Virus record (IMG/VR): IMGVR_UViG_3300036975_000019
Location: 1-59,039 of that record
Reading direction: 5' to 3' (one strand)
DNA length: 59,039 bases
Source: a virus
Lineage: Duplodnaviria > Caudoviricetes
The notes under the pieces are model-generated. The model was not told the origin of the DNA. It searched no databases and was given only the letters and a program-made list of their open reading frames with translations. The position numbers and the translations under genes are program-made. Shown one piece after another: positions 34,738 through 43,724 of the stretch. How positions within the stretch are numbered: position 1 is the first letter of the stretch; every line of letters starts with the position of its first letter.

Positions 34738-36048
34738 CTACAGTAGACCAGTAGAGTAGACGATTTCTTTGACCCGATTCCAGTTTGCCCCACCGCGCTG
34801 GCCTCCGAAAATTTCAGCCGTGACAGAGGTGATGTTTGGCCGTTCCATTGACGCCCAGGTATCGATCACCCGTTGTTTCAGGTCATCTGGCGTGTCTGGC
34901 ATTTCTCGCTGCGGGCCGTTTCCGGTCATTGCTGCGATAATATCCTGGCGCCCGATGATCGGTGCCTGAAATTCCATAATGTCTCGACCTGGCAACCAGG
35001 CCAGCGCGCGGCCCTGGACGTTGATATTTTGTGCATCGGATGTGTCAAGCAGGATGCGCGATTGCGCGCCGCTTTTTGCTTTGAACTGGACACAACACGA
35101 GAGCTGATTACGAATGGTCGTATCTACATTTGCGGCTTTCCAATCCTGTCCAGCGAGGATTAGCCACATCCCGAACTTGCGCGCGCGGAGGGCCAATGTA
35201 GCCAACCCATCCTCAACGTTTCGATCTGCCAACAGTGCCGTGATTTCATCACCGATTACGACAAGAGGCTTGATCGGCTCGCCTGCCATCGAATTGTACA
35301 GGTAGAGTGAATCGACGCCAGTGTACTGGCTGAACAATTCGCGCCGGCGATTGAGTTCGTCTGTCAATTCAGAAAATACAGCAACGGTATCGCGTTCGCT
35401 GTCGATGACTGGATAAAGCAGTCGATCACAGGCCTCAAATGGTGCAAGTGTCGCTTTTTCTAGGTCGATCATTACCAGATCGACCGGATCGGCAGACATT
35501 GCCAACTGGTACGCTATCGATCGCAAAAAGATTGACTTTCCCCAACCGCTTGAACCGCCCACGGCTATGTGGACCAGTTCGGACATATCCGCCTTGACTG
35601 GGCCGTCGGCGCCCATGCCAAGTACAAGGTTTCGATATGTCGGCATCTCAACAAGCGAACGAAGCGGAACATGCGTCGGCAGTTCCCTTGCCGTATCGGG
35701 CACAAGCTGCGCGATTTGTTCAGGCGATCCGTTGTTCGCGGCCATCAACATCAAGCGCATTTTGTGAAATTCATCTTGTACCACGTCGCGTACAATGTCG
35801 CCGATCATTCCATACCATGCACCACTGTCCAGATCACGGAATACAGAACCGTTGTAGACTGCGCCAAGATTGCCATTTGCGTCCCGTTCAAAATGTCGCA
35901 TTGCTTCGGCGGCCATCTGTTGCAATCGCACGTCGTCGGCCTGTTTGACACGTAACCGTTTGTACATTCTAGGCGCAATCATTGATAACGCGGAAATCCA
36001 GAAATCACCTGTCATCGTCACTGCCTCCAAATCTATTCGTATTGGCAC
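34738..36048 (-). CDS. FtsK/SpoIIIE (TraB-like) DNA translocase ATPase
   Basis: HIAVGGSSGWGKS Walker A; MIDLEK; ELNRR; VVIGDE Walker B; ARKFGMWLILAGQ; possible C-terminal wHTH. Confidence 0.88.
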   Translation of the reverse strand: MPIRIDLEAVTMTGDFWISALSMIAPRMYKRLRVKQADDVRLQQMAAEAMRHFERDANGNLGAVYNGSVFRDLDSGAWYGMIGDIVRDVVQDEFHKMRLMLMAANNGSPEQIAQLVPDTARELPTHVPLRSLVEMPTYRNLVLGMGADGPVKADMSELVHIAVGGSSGWGKSIFLRSIAYQLAMSADPVDLVMIDLEKATLAPFEACDRLLYPVIDSERDTVAVFSELTDELNRRRELFSQYTGVDSLYLYNSMAGEPIKPLVVIGDEITALLADRNVEDGLATLALRARKFGMWLILAGQDWKAANVDTTIRNQLSCCVQFKAKSGAQSRILLDTSDAQNINVQGRALAWLPGRDIMEFQAPIIGRQDIIAAMTGNGPQREMPDTPDDLKQRVIDTWASMERPNITSVTAEIFGGQRGGANWNRVKEIVYSTGLL

Positions 36049-36305
36049 CGCTCTCGCGCGTCTTTGTACAATTTATAGATTTCTCTTTTGCTTTCCGTCA
36101 CAAATACACATAGCCAAACCCAGGCTATTTCTCCTAGCAGAATCACAGAAAAAAATGGCGCTATGTCTACCAGTATTTTGAACGCATAGATTAGGGCAAC
36201 TGAAAGGCCCACCAAAGTGCCAGAAAATATAAAGATCGTGCCCCACTCTATCAGATTTCGTTTCAAGCGCTCTGCTATATATTGCCTTACACATTTTCTA
36301 CTCAT
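36033..36305 (-). CDS. Small two-TM membrane protein
   Basis: Two hydrophobic stretches; GGAGG RBS; overlaps the FtsK start. Confidence 0.65.
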   Translation of the reverse strand: MSRKCVRQYIAERLKRNLIEWGTIFIFSGTLVGLSVALIYAFKILVDIAPFFSVILLGEIAWVWLCVFVTESKREIYKLYKDARERCQYE

Positions 36306-36717
36306 TGTCATCACCTCCAAACGCCCGCCGGTATGCTAGATCCGCATCCTCGCGCGCCTGCTTTTTCGGGAACCAGGCCGAGAAAATGCCCGAGTTCGCC
36401 TCGCGTGGTTTGCGCGTTGATGGGCTGTGCTTGTCGATTGTCTGGACAAAAAACGAGACGGCGAGCGTCAGGCCGAATAATCCCCAGGGGAGAAGCAGGC
36501 CGATCATCCATCCGCCCCACGTTTCGGCAATAAATGTCCAGGCCGTGCGTGCGTCAATTTTCCATAGCCGCCAAATCGCGCAAATCAGGAATGTGCCGAC
36601 CTCGACGACATCCACGGCCAGCGCGCCAACAACAGCCATCACGGTGGGGATTTTGACTTCTGTTTCGAGGCCGACATTGGTTTTCTCTGGTGGAATGTCT
36701 ATGACAGGTCTAGCCAT
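36298..36717 (-). CDS. Two-TM membrane protein
   Basis: Hydrophobic segments; GGAGG RBS; coupled to the upstream gene. Confidence 0.7.
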   Translation of the reverse strand: MARPVIDIPPEKTNVGLETEVKIPTVMAVVGALAVDVVEVGTFLICAIWRLWKIDARTAWTFIAETWGGWMIGLLLPWGLFGLTLAVSFFVQTIDKHSPSTRKPREANSGIFSAWFPKKQAREDADLAYRRAFGGDDNE

Positions 36718-37499
36718 TATTCTGCCTCCATTCCGTGCCCGTTGCTGCCAAGTTTGCCTGCAAGTTTCACTTGGCGCACATCCTTCGCGGCGGTAGTACG
36801 CGAAACCCCGAATAACTTGCCAAGTCGCGTATAGGTGATTTCGGGTTGTTTCGCCAAAGTCTCGGCAATTGCGATTTGCCTATCATTCAGTTGCACCGGC
36901 TCTGGTTTCGGTTGCGCTGGTTCCGGTTCTGGTTGCGCGACAGTTTCGCTATTATCCTGCAATGATTTAGCAACTTTCACCTCGGTTTCGTTTCCATTGA
37001 TGATCTTGCGGTGTAATGCCGCGCGACGGTTCGCCGCAACCGTCGCAAGCGCCGAAACTACCGGGAATAGGATCGCAAGTAACATGATTGGCGGTGCAAC
37101 TTTCGTTGCCACCTGATAGATTGCGTTGAATGCCACGACGCAACCAGTAACGATATAGTACGCGATTACCATCACGCCTGCACCCTGAGCATCCTCAAGC
37201 GGTAATTTGGTATCTTTGGCATTGTGCCGCCTTTGATATGCCTGTTGCGTCTCGTTGAATGCCTGAGCCTCTAGATAATAGGAATTGACGCCAAACCCGG
37301 CAATCTCGATACTGGCGGCCACGATAAACGCCAACCACGGCGGCAAATCAAATATCGTCATGATAGCATTGCCCGTCATAGCTGCCTCCGGTATGGGGGC
37401 AAGCCAGTTCGACGCCATTGTCAACGACGATACAAATGCGGCATTGACCTCGCCTGTCCAGTGATCAAACCAGGGTGAAATGTTTTTGTATTGTTTCAT
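36717..37499 (-). CDS. Multi-TM membrane protein with C-terminal HTH (SpdA/DUF2637-like architecture)
   Basis: About four TM segments, a Pro/Glu linker, then LNDRQIAI...PEITYTRLGKLFGVSRTTAAKDV. Confidence 0.7.
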   Translation of the reverse strand: MKQYKNISPWFDHWTGEVNAAFVSSLTMASNWLAPIPEAAMTGNAIMTIFDLPPWLAFIVAASIEIAGFGVNSYYLEAQAFNETQQAYQRRHNAKDTKLPLEDAQGAGVMVIAYYIVTGCVVAFNAIYQVATKVAPPIMLLAILFPVVSALATVAANRRAALHRKIINGNETEVKVAKSLQDNSETVAQPEPEPAQPKPEPVQLNDRQIAIAETLAKQPEITYTRLGKLFGVSRTTAAKDVRQVKLAGKLGSNGHGMEAE

Positions 37500-37717
37500 T
37501 CCCCAATCCTTTCCAATATCTCCTCACCTAACCGTTCGATCCTGTCTAGTTGTTTGCTAATCGTCGTCAGCATTGTGCTCTCTCTCAAATACCGCCGAAC
37601 TGCCACGCGCACAATCTCGGACTTTTCATCCCCCGGCGTCGTAGTCCACCATTCGTATAAATCAGGGTGCTTCGTGTCGGTAACGGCGGCTTGCATGCTC
37701 ACTCGTTTTGATTTCAT
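37496..37717 (-). CDS. Putative RHH-type repressor of the reverse operon
   Basis: KSEIVRVAVRRYL; first gene after the promoter; GAGGT RBS. Confidence 0.6.
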   Translation of the reverse strand: MKSKRVSMQAAVTDTKHPDLYEWWTTTPGDEKSEIVRVAVRRYLRESTMLTTISKQLDRIERLGEEILERIGE

Positions 37718-37750
37718 ATCACCTCGTTTGTGTGTTATGATTATAATACA

Positions 37751-37779
37751 AGTATACCACGACTGCGCCCGCCTGTCAA
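37751..37779 (-). promoter_or_regulatory. Promoter of the TraB-like operon
   Basis: Minus strand TTGACA-17-TATACT with extended TG. Confidence 0.8.
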
Positions 37780-37831
37780 CAAGTTTACAACTGTAAATAA
37801 AAATTGGCTACAAATGTGAACGAATTGGGTA

Positions 37832-37860
37832 TTGACACCAGAGGAAAAATGGTGTATAAT
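37832..37860 (+). promoter_or_regulatory. Divergent consensus sigma70 promoter
   Basis: TTGACA-17-TATAAT; ACACCA...TGGTGT inverted repeat. Confidence 0.85.
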
Positions 37861-37904
37861 GTATTCATAGTGGATACGGGAACGAACACGAAAGGAACAG
37901 GGAA

Positions 37905-38108
37905 ATGACAAAGATTTATTTTACAGGTTATGGAACAAATGGGGGCCGCGCCGAGAATTTGATGGGCGCGGCGAAAGCAAAACGCCGCATCGAAAACGCG
38001 GCAGACAAGCGCGCCGCATGCGGCGCGATCAACCGGGAGTGGGACGAGAAACGTTGCGATGAATTTGATGGGTGCTGGATATGTACCCGACGGGTACATA
38101 TAAAATGA
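37905..38108 (+). CDS. Small hypothetical protein
   Basis: First ORF after the promoter; ATGA-coupled. Confidence 0.5.
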   Translation: MTKIYFTGYGTNGGRAENLMGAAKAKRRIENAADKRAACGAINREWDEKRCDEFDGCWICTRRVHIK

Positions 38109-38440
38109 CAAAAGCAACCACGGTACGATTTCCAATCGGACTGGTGCAGGCCATCCGCGATGAGCAGGTCCGAGAGCATCGCGGATCGCAAACCGAGACC
38201 GTCACGTCATTGATCATTGACGGCCTCAAGTCTCGCGGGGTCTACAATTTCAACGATGCCTGCCGCGAAATCAAAATGTACTGGAGGCGGGACGAGTTCC
38301 ATGACTGGTGTCGAGAGAATGGCGTGCCAACGTTCAATACGGTGACGGCCTGGGAGAACTACGCTCAGGCATTCGAGACAGACGGCGACGTTGCAGACGA
38401 GCGCGCCACCCAGCAGGATGCGCTGCCGGGCGCGTCGTAG
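38105..38440 (+). CDS. RHH-like N-terminal domain protein
   Basis: KATTVRFPIGLVQAIRDE...TETVTSLIIDGL. Confidence 0.55.
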   Translation: MTKATTVRFPIGLVQAIRDEQVREHRGSQTETVTSLIIDGLKSRGVYNFNDACREIKMYWRRDEFHDWCRENGVPTFNTVTAWENYAQAFETDGDVADERATQQDALPGAS

Positions 38441-38455
38441 AAAGGAAAATTAGAG

Positions 38456-38656
38456 ATGAAACACAATGAAGGCGGATGGTATGCCTGGAAAATCGACGGC
38501 AGCCAGTGGCTGCAACTGCCAGAAAAGCCGGTACTAAGACGAATGCCTGACGCATTTGTAAGCGACTCAGGCGTATTCGACGATGGGCACGAGAGGTTTT
38601 CGTGTCTATGGTTCGACGACCCCGAGGCCGCGCGCGAAGCGGAAAAACTAGGCTGA
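38456..38656 (+). CDS. Small hypothetical protein
   Basis: GAAAGGA RBS. Confidence 0.5.
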   Translation: MKHNEGGWYAWKIDGSQWLQLPEKPVLRRMPDAFVSDSGVFDDGHERFSCLWFDDPEAAREAEKLG

Positions 38657-38814
38657 TGACGCACGACGCCGACCGCTCCAGATGGCAAGCATATCAAGCC
38701 TGGATTGCCGATGTACAGCGCGACTATCCAGACCACGAAATAACCGAGACGCCGCAAGGTGTCGAAATCGAACTCGATGACGGCAGCGTTATCGAGATAG
38801 AATATAGGAGGTGA
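38656..38814 (+). CDS. Small hypothetical protein
   Basis: TGATG-coupled. Confidence 0.45.
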   Translation: MTHDADRSRWQAYQAWIADVQRDYPDHEITETPQGVEIELDDGSVIEIEYRR

Positions 38815-38964
38815 CACGGAACCCAACTAGTTTTCGAGCGACCCCGGCGCATCTACCAGCGCCCCCGTTGCGTGGATGTGCCGGGGATTTTTCAAATTAG
38901 CCCTCCCGGGCGGCGGGGCAGCAGCGATTGGAGCCGCCCGCTTTTTAGAAAGGGGAATATTATT

Positions 38965-39306
38965 ATGAGTAGAAATCTATGTACCTCAAGTTGTTGTGGT
39001 AACACAGTTAGGCTATCAGATTTGCGCGGCAAGCCTATCGAATTCAGGCGATATCATGATGCACCGCCAGCCATTGGCACAAAATGGACTTGTCCAGACT
39101 GTGGAACTGTCTACTTTGTTATCTGGCGAGATGCGCAATGGAGTATTGAGTATGGCGATTGGGTCCGCGGGTTCGTTCTAGATTTGTCCTATTACGAATC
39201 TTTTAACGATGAACATCGTTACGACGATGATGGCAACGTCGTTGGACTGGACGAACCGTGGTATCTCTGCCAAGACAACGCAGAAATTCGGCAAACTGTT
39301 TGGTAG
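38965..39306 (+). CDS. Zinc-ribbon hypothetical protein
   Basis: GAAAGGGG RBS; CPDCG; DLSYYESFNDE. Confidence 0.6.
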   Translation: MSRNLCTSSCCGNTVRLSDLRGKPIEFRRYHDAPPAIGTKWTCPDCGTVYFVIWRDAQWSIEYGDWVRGFVLDLSYYESFNDEHRYDDDGNVVGLDEPWYLCQDNAEIRQTVW

Positions 39307-39335
39307 ACCTGATGGGGGGATTGCAAAAATCCCGA

Positions 39336-39374
39336 CCGCTGACCTGGTGGACCGTTCGATTCGGTCTCGGCGGA
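39336..39374 (+). ncRNA. tRNA-like minihelix (acceptor stem plus T arm only)
   Basis: CCGCTGA/TCGGCGG 7-bp stem; GACCG-TTCGATT-CGGTC T arm; 7-nt linker CCTGGTG. Confidence 0.55.
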
Positions 39375-39499
39375 CATTTTAACAATTTATGCGCTGGGCT
39401 GTTCGTGACGGGATATCGAAACAGGATGGGGCGGGTAAGGTGCTGGATGGACTCGACGCCAGCTTGACGGCAGTCCGGCGCAATTTGAAAGGGGAAACG

Positions 39500-39715
39500 A
39501 TGACAAAATCACAAACCTTCGTCGGCGCGACCGAAACACGCGCCGACAAAATGTCGAGGACCGCGCGTCAAATCGAACGCGGCACGTCAACATTTGGAGT
39601 GGCCGCCAACACCGGGCAGCGATTGACTGATTCAGAACCCGCGCCGGTTACGACAAAGACAGCGGCGGAGATGGTCCAGGCAGAGCTGGTCCTGATGAAA
39701 GGGTTGGGGATGTGA
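39500..39715 (+). CDS. Small hypothetical protein
   Basis: GAAAGGGG RBS. Confidence 0.55.
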   Translation: MTKSQTFVGATETRADKMSRTARQIERGTSTFGVAANTGQRLTDSEPAPVTTKTAAEMVQAELVLMKGLGM

Positions 39716-39990
39716 TGAAGAGTAAAGCATACGTACTATGGGTTGTACGAGATGGGCACTTTGTTATCGTCGAACACGGCAGCGGGTTTCCAGACAACCT
39801 AGCAACAAAGCTATGGTTTGATCTTCCAGGTATCGACGGTGACACAGCTCTGGCAAAATTCTACGCCAGCGGACTGGATAGACAATGCAATGTCGAACTG
39901 ACACCAATGCCGGGCAGCCCCTACACTCGGGCGACATTCGAGCGGGCGACGGTAAACGGCGTCACGGTGATCGTCGGGAGGTATTGGTAA
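39712..39990 (+). CDS. Hypothetical protein
   Basis: Coupled ORF. Confidence 0.5.
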   Translation: MMKSKAYVLWVVRDGHFVIVEHGSGFPDNLATKLWFDLPGIDGDTALAKFYASGLDRQCNVELTPMPGSPYTRATFERATVNGVTVIVGRYW

Positions 39991-40403
39991 TGGACGCACA
40001 AAATCAAGTCACACAAAACACAGCGGATCGTGGCTATCGTGACGGCTGGACGGCGGAGCAGTTCGCGGCCCGACAGGTGTGCAAGCTAATAGAGGAGCTT
40101 GGGGAATTAGCGAGATGTTTTTGGCTACCAAAAGTTTCTCCGCGAACTCGTATAGATCAGCTTATGATTGATTTATCTGGAGAGGCCAAATGGATTTTTG
40201 ACGATGATACTTTATGGGACGATCATCCAATCGACGGCGTTGGGATAGCAAGCACGATCTATGCCCGGTCCGAACTCGCTGACCTCCAAGTCGTCGTATT
40301 CAACCTCGCTGCCGCTCTAGCCGAAATCACCGGCGAACCGTTCGACGTGGTGCAGGCTGCGGTTGACAAGAGCACGGCTGATGTGAAGCGAGGGGTACGG
40401 TGA
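39990..40403 (+). CDS. MazG-like nucleotide pyrophosphohydrolase
   Basis: KLIEELGELA...ELADLQVV. Confidence 0.7.
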   Translation: MDAQNQVTQNTADRGYRDGWTAEQFAARQVCKLIEELGELARCFWLPKVSPRTRIDQLMIDLSGEAKWIFDDDTLWDDHPIDGVGIASTIYARSELADLQVVVFNLAAALAEITGEPFDVVQAAVDKSTADVKRGVR

Positions 40404-41077
40404 AATTCCAGACGATTCTGGCCGATCCGCCGTGGTGGTATGCAGACCAGCGCAAGATTCGCAAAGACGGCGCTGGCCCAACTCGCGGGATCGGTGCGTG
40501 TCATCACTACGACCAGATGAAAACAAAAGATATAGCAACGATCCCGGTTTGGAACATTGCCGCCGAGAGATGTCATTGCTACGTGTGGGCAACAATGCCA
40601 CTCCTGCCAGATGCGTTTCACGTTCTGTCAACTTGGGGTTTTCGCTGGGCAACCGTCGCGTTTTGCTGGGTCAAGGTCAACTCCAAGCGGTTCGATGACG
40701 CGATCCTGGATGTGCTGCAGCCGACGATGCTGGACAATGGGCGTACGGTTGAAACGTTCCTCGACGCACTCACATTTTTTGGTCCTGGATTCTACACAGG
40801 CAGCAATATCGAGCTGGTATTGCTGGGCACAAAAGGGCAACCATTCAAGCACGCCGCAGGTTGCAAGGCGTCGCAGATCATTTATGCGCCACTGACAGAG
40901 CACAGCGCGAAACCTGACGAGGTACAAAGGCGGATCGCCTGGATGTATCCCAACGCAACGCCACGCCTTGAAATGTTTGGCCGGCGGTCCATTGACGGTT
41001 GGACGGTGATCGGGAACGAAGCGCCAGGGTACGAAGGCGAGGACATTCGAGATAGTCTAAAGAAGTTGGCAGAATGA
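40400..41077 (+). CDS. MT-A70 family adenine methyltransferase
   Basis: ILADPPW, HYDQM, WAT, WVK, HSAKP, RLEMFGR..GW..IGNE. Confidence 0.9.
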   Translation: MKFQTILADPPWWYADQRKIRKDGAGPTRGIGACHHYDQMKTKDIATIPVWNIAAERCHCYVWATMPLLPDAFHVLSTWGFRWATVAFCWVKVNSKRFDDAILDVLQPTMLDNGRTVETFLDALTFFGPGFYTGSNIELVLLGTKGQPFKHAAGCKASQIIYAPLTEHSAKPDEVQRRIAWMYPNATPRLEMFGRRSIDGWTVIGNEAPGYEGEDIRDSLKKLAE

Positions 41078-41337
41078 TCACTGCAACGCCACCCTGGAAA
41101 GACGATAAGCCATTCCACGCCCCAGCAGTGTTTACGCACGCGACGCGCGAGGAGATCGACGTGTGTCTGAATTGCACGTTACCGCCAGATGCCTGCAACG
41201 GTCCTGATTGCCCATTTCATTACTCAAAGCGGGACAAGGCAGAGTTGCGCCGGCGTATCGCTTACCTGGCGCATCAAGTGGGGAAAAAGCAGGTATATCG
41301 GGCAGTTGAGGCAATCAGGAAGGAGCTGGAACGATGA
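41074..41337 (+). CDS. Cys-containing hypothetical protein
   Basis: CLNC...CNGPDCPF; coupled. Confidence 0.5.
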   Translation: MITATPPWKDDKPFHAPAVFTHATREEIDVCLNCTLPPDACNGPDCPFHYSKRDKAELRRRIAYLAHQVGKKQVYRAVEAIRKELER

Positions 41338-41522
41338 ACGACTGGGAGCCAACGGTAGTTAGTATCGTGTGGTATGAAGATGATTTGATCGGCATTGATT
41401 GTCATTGCGGCGAATATATTGTTATCTCGACCGAGTGCGATTCAGATTGCCCTCGGTGCGGGCGCGTTTATAGGGCCAGTATTTCGATAGAAATACTGGT
41501 TAAGGACGGGGAAAAAGAATGA
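41334..41522 (+). CDS. Small zinc-ribbon protein
   Basis: CHCG...CPRCG. Confidence 0.55.
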   Translation: MNDWEPTVVSIVWYEDDLIGIDCHCGEYIVISTECDSDCPRCGRVYRASISIEILVKDGEKE

Positions 41523-41740
41523 GACAGTCTACCAGAGCAGTTATCAAGGCGCTAGACGGCAGGCGTTTGACGGCGAGGCAAATCGCTGTCGAAATCGCCT
41601 ACTGTCGAGGCGCCGTCAATTATGCGCTGACCGTCCTAAAAGCGACAGATCAGATATCCATCGTTGACGAGGACGCGCTAACTCCGGTCTATCAATTGAC
41701 CGGGGAAGTCTGCCCGTGCTGCGGGCAGGTGATTCGATAG
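41519..41740 (+). CDS. Winged-helix protein with C-terminal CxxC
   Basis: LTARQIAVEI...GAVNYALTVL. Confidence 0.55.
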   Translation: MRQSTRAVIKALDGRRLTARQIAVEIAYCRGAVNYALTVLKATDQISIVDEDALTPVYQLTGEVCPCCGQVIR

Positions 41741-41753
41741 AAAGGGACCGAAG

Positions 41754-41984
41754 ATGAACCAATACACGAGAACCAACCCGCCGCCCTATCCGTGGGTGAG
41801 CGTGGAAGATGAACTGCCACCACAACTTATACGAGTTTGGGCTGTGTGGCTTTTGGATAATAACAAAGTGCCAACCATCGCACGCTCTGTCTATGATGGC
41901 AAATGGCGAACGTGGGAGTTTGCATTTGACGCGAGAGATTGGCATGTCTCTCACTGGCAGTATTTGCCAGCACTGCCAGAATAG
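41754..41984 (+). CDS. DUF551-like protein
   Basis: WVSVEDELP...VSHWQYLPALP. Confidence 0.7.
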   Translation: MNQYTRTNPPPYPWVSVEDELPPQLIRVWAVWLLDNNKVPTIARSVYDGKWRTWEFAFDARDWHVSHWQYLPALPE

Positions 41985-42077
41985 TTGACAAATTGTAACG
42001 CTACATTACAAACCTGTAATGATTCGCGGCGTTGGAATGTGGTATAATAGAGACACTATTAGATTGGAGTATGAGGG

Positions 42078-42554
42078 ATGAAAGCAGAAATCGACGAATA
42101 CGGAAACATCAAGATCAACATCATTGACCTGATCGACCAGCTAGATGACGAACAGAAGCAGGAGATCGCAGGGCATTTTGCCTGGCATTCTCCAATCTGG
42201 AATGAGCTGGTTCGAGCCGTTGCTGATGAATACGCAGCCGAGAATTTCAATAGCAACATTTACAAGATGCGTCTGGCATTTTTCCAGAGTGCCGACGTTC
42301 CGCGCACTTTGCGGCAAACCATCAAGGCGCTGCTCACAACTATTCTGCACTTGCAGCAAAGCGTCAGAGTATATACGAACGCAAACGGACAATGGCGGCA
42401 ATGGTTTCACGAGCATCATCCTGGAAAAGGCGATCCTGTTCCATTTCCACGGCGGGAACTGGGCTGGCCCGATAACAAAGAGATTTCTGACTTTATGCAG
42501 AAAACGGGCATTGACGGGCTACTTGACAGGTGCGAGAAAGAGAAAACGTGTTAG
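42078..42554 (+). CDS. Hypothetical protein
   Basis: Extended -10 TGTGGTATAAT and GGAG upstream. Confidence 0.6.
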   Translation: MKAEIDEYGNIKINIIDLIDQLDDEQKQEIAGHFAWHSPIWNELVRAVADEYAAENFNSNIYKMRLAFFQSADVPRTLRQTIKALLTTILHLQQSVRVYTNANGQWRQWFHEHHPGKGDPVPFPRRELGWPDNKEISDFMQKTGIDGLLDRCEKEKTC

Positions 42555-42589
42555 CCCAACAACTCGCACTCCCAACACAGGAGCCGCCA

Positions 42590-42802
42590 ATGACGCAATC
42601 GACTGACCTGCCGATCCTCACCATCACCAGAAACGGTGACGGCACTATCACACAAACCTATTCTGTCAATGGCGAAACCGTCACAATGCCACCATTTAGG
42701 CCAAAAATATCCAGTTTGCAGCGATGGCTTGAGGACGGTGAGGTGCCGGTGACGTGGGCGGACGGGGGGATGACGGTGTTTAGATTGGAGGAGGCCGACT
42801 AG
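42590..42802 (+). CDS. Small hypothetical protein
   Basis: AGGAG RBS. Confidence 0.5.
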   Translation: MTQSTDLPILTITRNGDGTITQTYSVNGETVTMPPFRPKISSLQRWLEDGEVPVTWADGGMTVFRLEEAD

Positions 42803-43557
42803 TGCGGTATCTCGGTGGCAAGTCTCGACTTGGTAAACAAATCGCTTACGTCATTAATCAGATCCGCAAGCCCGGGCAATCCTACTGGGAGCCATTCTGT
42901 GGTAGCTGTTGGGTGACAATCCACGTTCACAACGTCGGCCCAATGTATGCCAGTGATGGGTGTTATGAGTTGATCGAAATGTGGAAGGCGCTGCAAAACG
43001 GTTGGCAGCCTCCGCGTATCGTGACAGAGGAAATGTATCAAGAGGCGAAAGCGGGCAAATTTGATCCGGCATTGACGGCGTTTATCGGGTTCGGATGTTC
43101 GTTTGGGGGTAAGTGGTTTGCGGGGTATGCGAGAGATCCGAAATCTGATCGCAACTATGCCGCCAATAGCGAGAACTCAATAATGAAACGCCTGATTGAT
43201 TTGCGAGACGTTCGCTTCTTTTTCGCTGATTATCGCCGCCCAGCACCACAAGCCGAATGCCTGATATACGCCGATCCGCCATACGCCGGCACGACAGGTT
43301 ATCACGCTGTTGATGGATTCAACACGGGCGAATTTTGGCAATGTGTCCGCAACTGGGCAACAACTGGTAATAAGGTCATTATCTCAGAATATGCTGCGCC
43401 AAATGATTTTGCTTGCATTCTAGAAATGCCAACCCGCACCGATCTAGAATCAGCAGGCGGTGGCAAAGATCCACGCATCGAGCGCCTATTCATGCACGAA
43501 TCACAGGCGCATCTCTATTATGAGAATGTGCCAGAACAAATGGAGTTGGAATTATGA
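42802..43557 (+). CDS. D12-class (Dam-like) DNA adenine methyltransferase
   Basis: MRYLGGKSRL, EPFCGS, IYADPPY, ISEY. Confidence 0.9.
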   Translation: MRYLGGKSRLGKQIAYVINQIRKPGQSYWEPFCGSCWVTIHVHNVGPMYASDGCYELIEMWKALQNGWQPPRIVTEEMYQEAKAGKFDPALTAFIGFGCSFGGKWFAGYARDPKSDRNYAANSENSIMKRLIDLRDVRFFFADYRRPAPQAECLIYADPPYAGTTGYHAVDGFNTGEFWQCVRNWATTGNKVIISEYAAPNDFACILEMPTRTDLESAGGGKDPRIERLFMHESQAHLYYENVPEQMELEL

Positions 43558-43724
43558 CCGACAACGACAAACCCGATCATCTCGACGCAGCAAAAGCCGC
43601 CATTGACGCGGCGATAGCTGATTTGGAAACGCTCAAGGCTCGAATTGAGGCACTGCGGGCGGCAATTCGCGAGCTAGTTGACCTCGTGCCGGAATGGATG
43701 AAAGATGAAACCCCTTCTACTTGA
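43554..43724 (+). CDS. Small coiled-coil protein (not in ORF track)
   Basis: ATGA-coupled, GGAG RBS; MTDNDKPDHLDAAKAAIDAAIADLE... Confidence 0.5.
   Translation: MTDNDKPDHLDAAKAAIDAAIADLETLKARIEALRAAIRELVDLVPEWMKDETPST

Noticed and set aside
34738-36048. Type VII secretion EccC or VirB4/VirD4 conjugation system
   Set aside because: Single ATPase domain; no WXG100, relaxase or mating-pair genes seen
36880-37000. GCAAC/GAAAC repeats in the SpdA-like gene as a binding array
   Set aside because: Explainable by Gln-Pro/Glu-Thr codons of the linker; spacing is irregular
39311-39375. Canonical tRNA-Cys or tRNA-Leu
   Set aside because: The anticodon-like hairpin lies outside the acceptor stem and there is no D arm; kept only as a minihelix
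41985-42020. TTGACA promoter at 41985
   Set aside because: No -10 at proper spacing; the extended -10 near 42038-42048 is the better candidate
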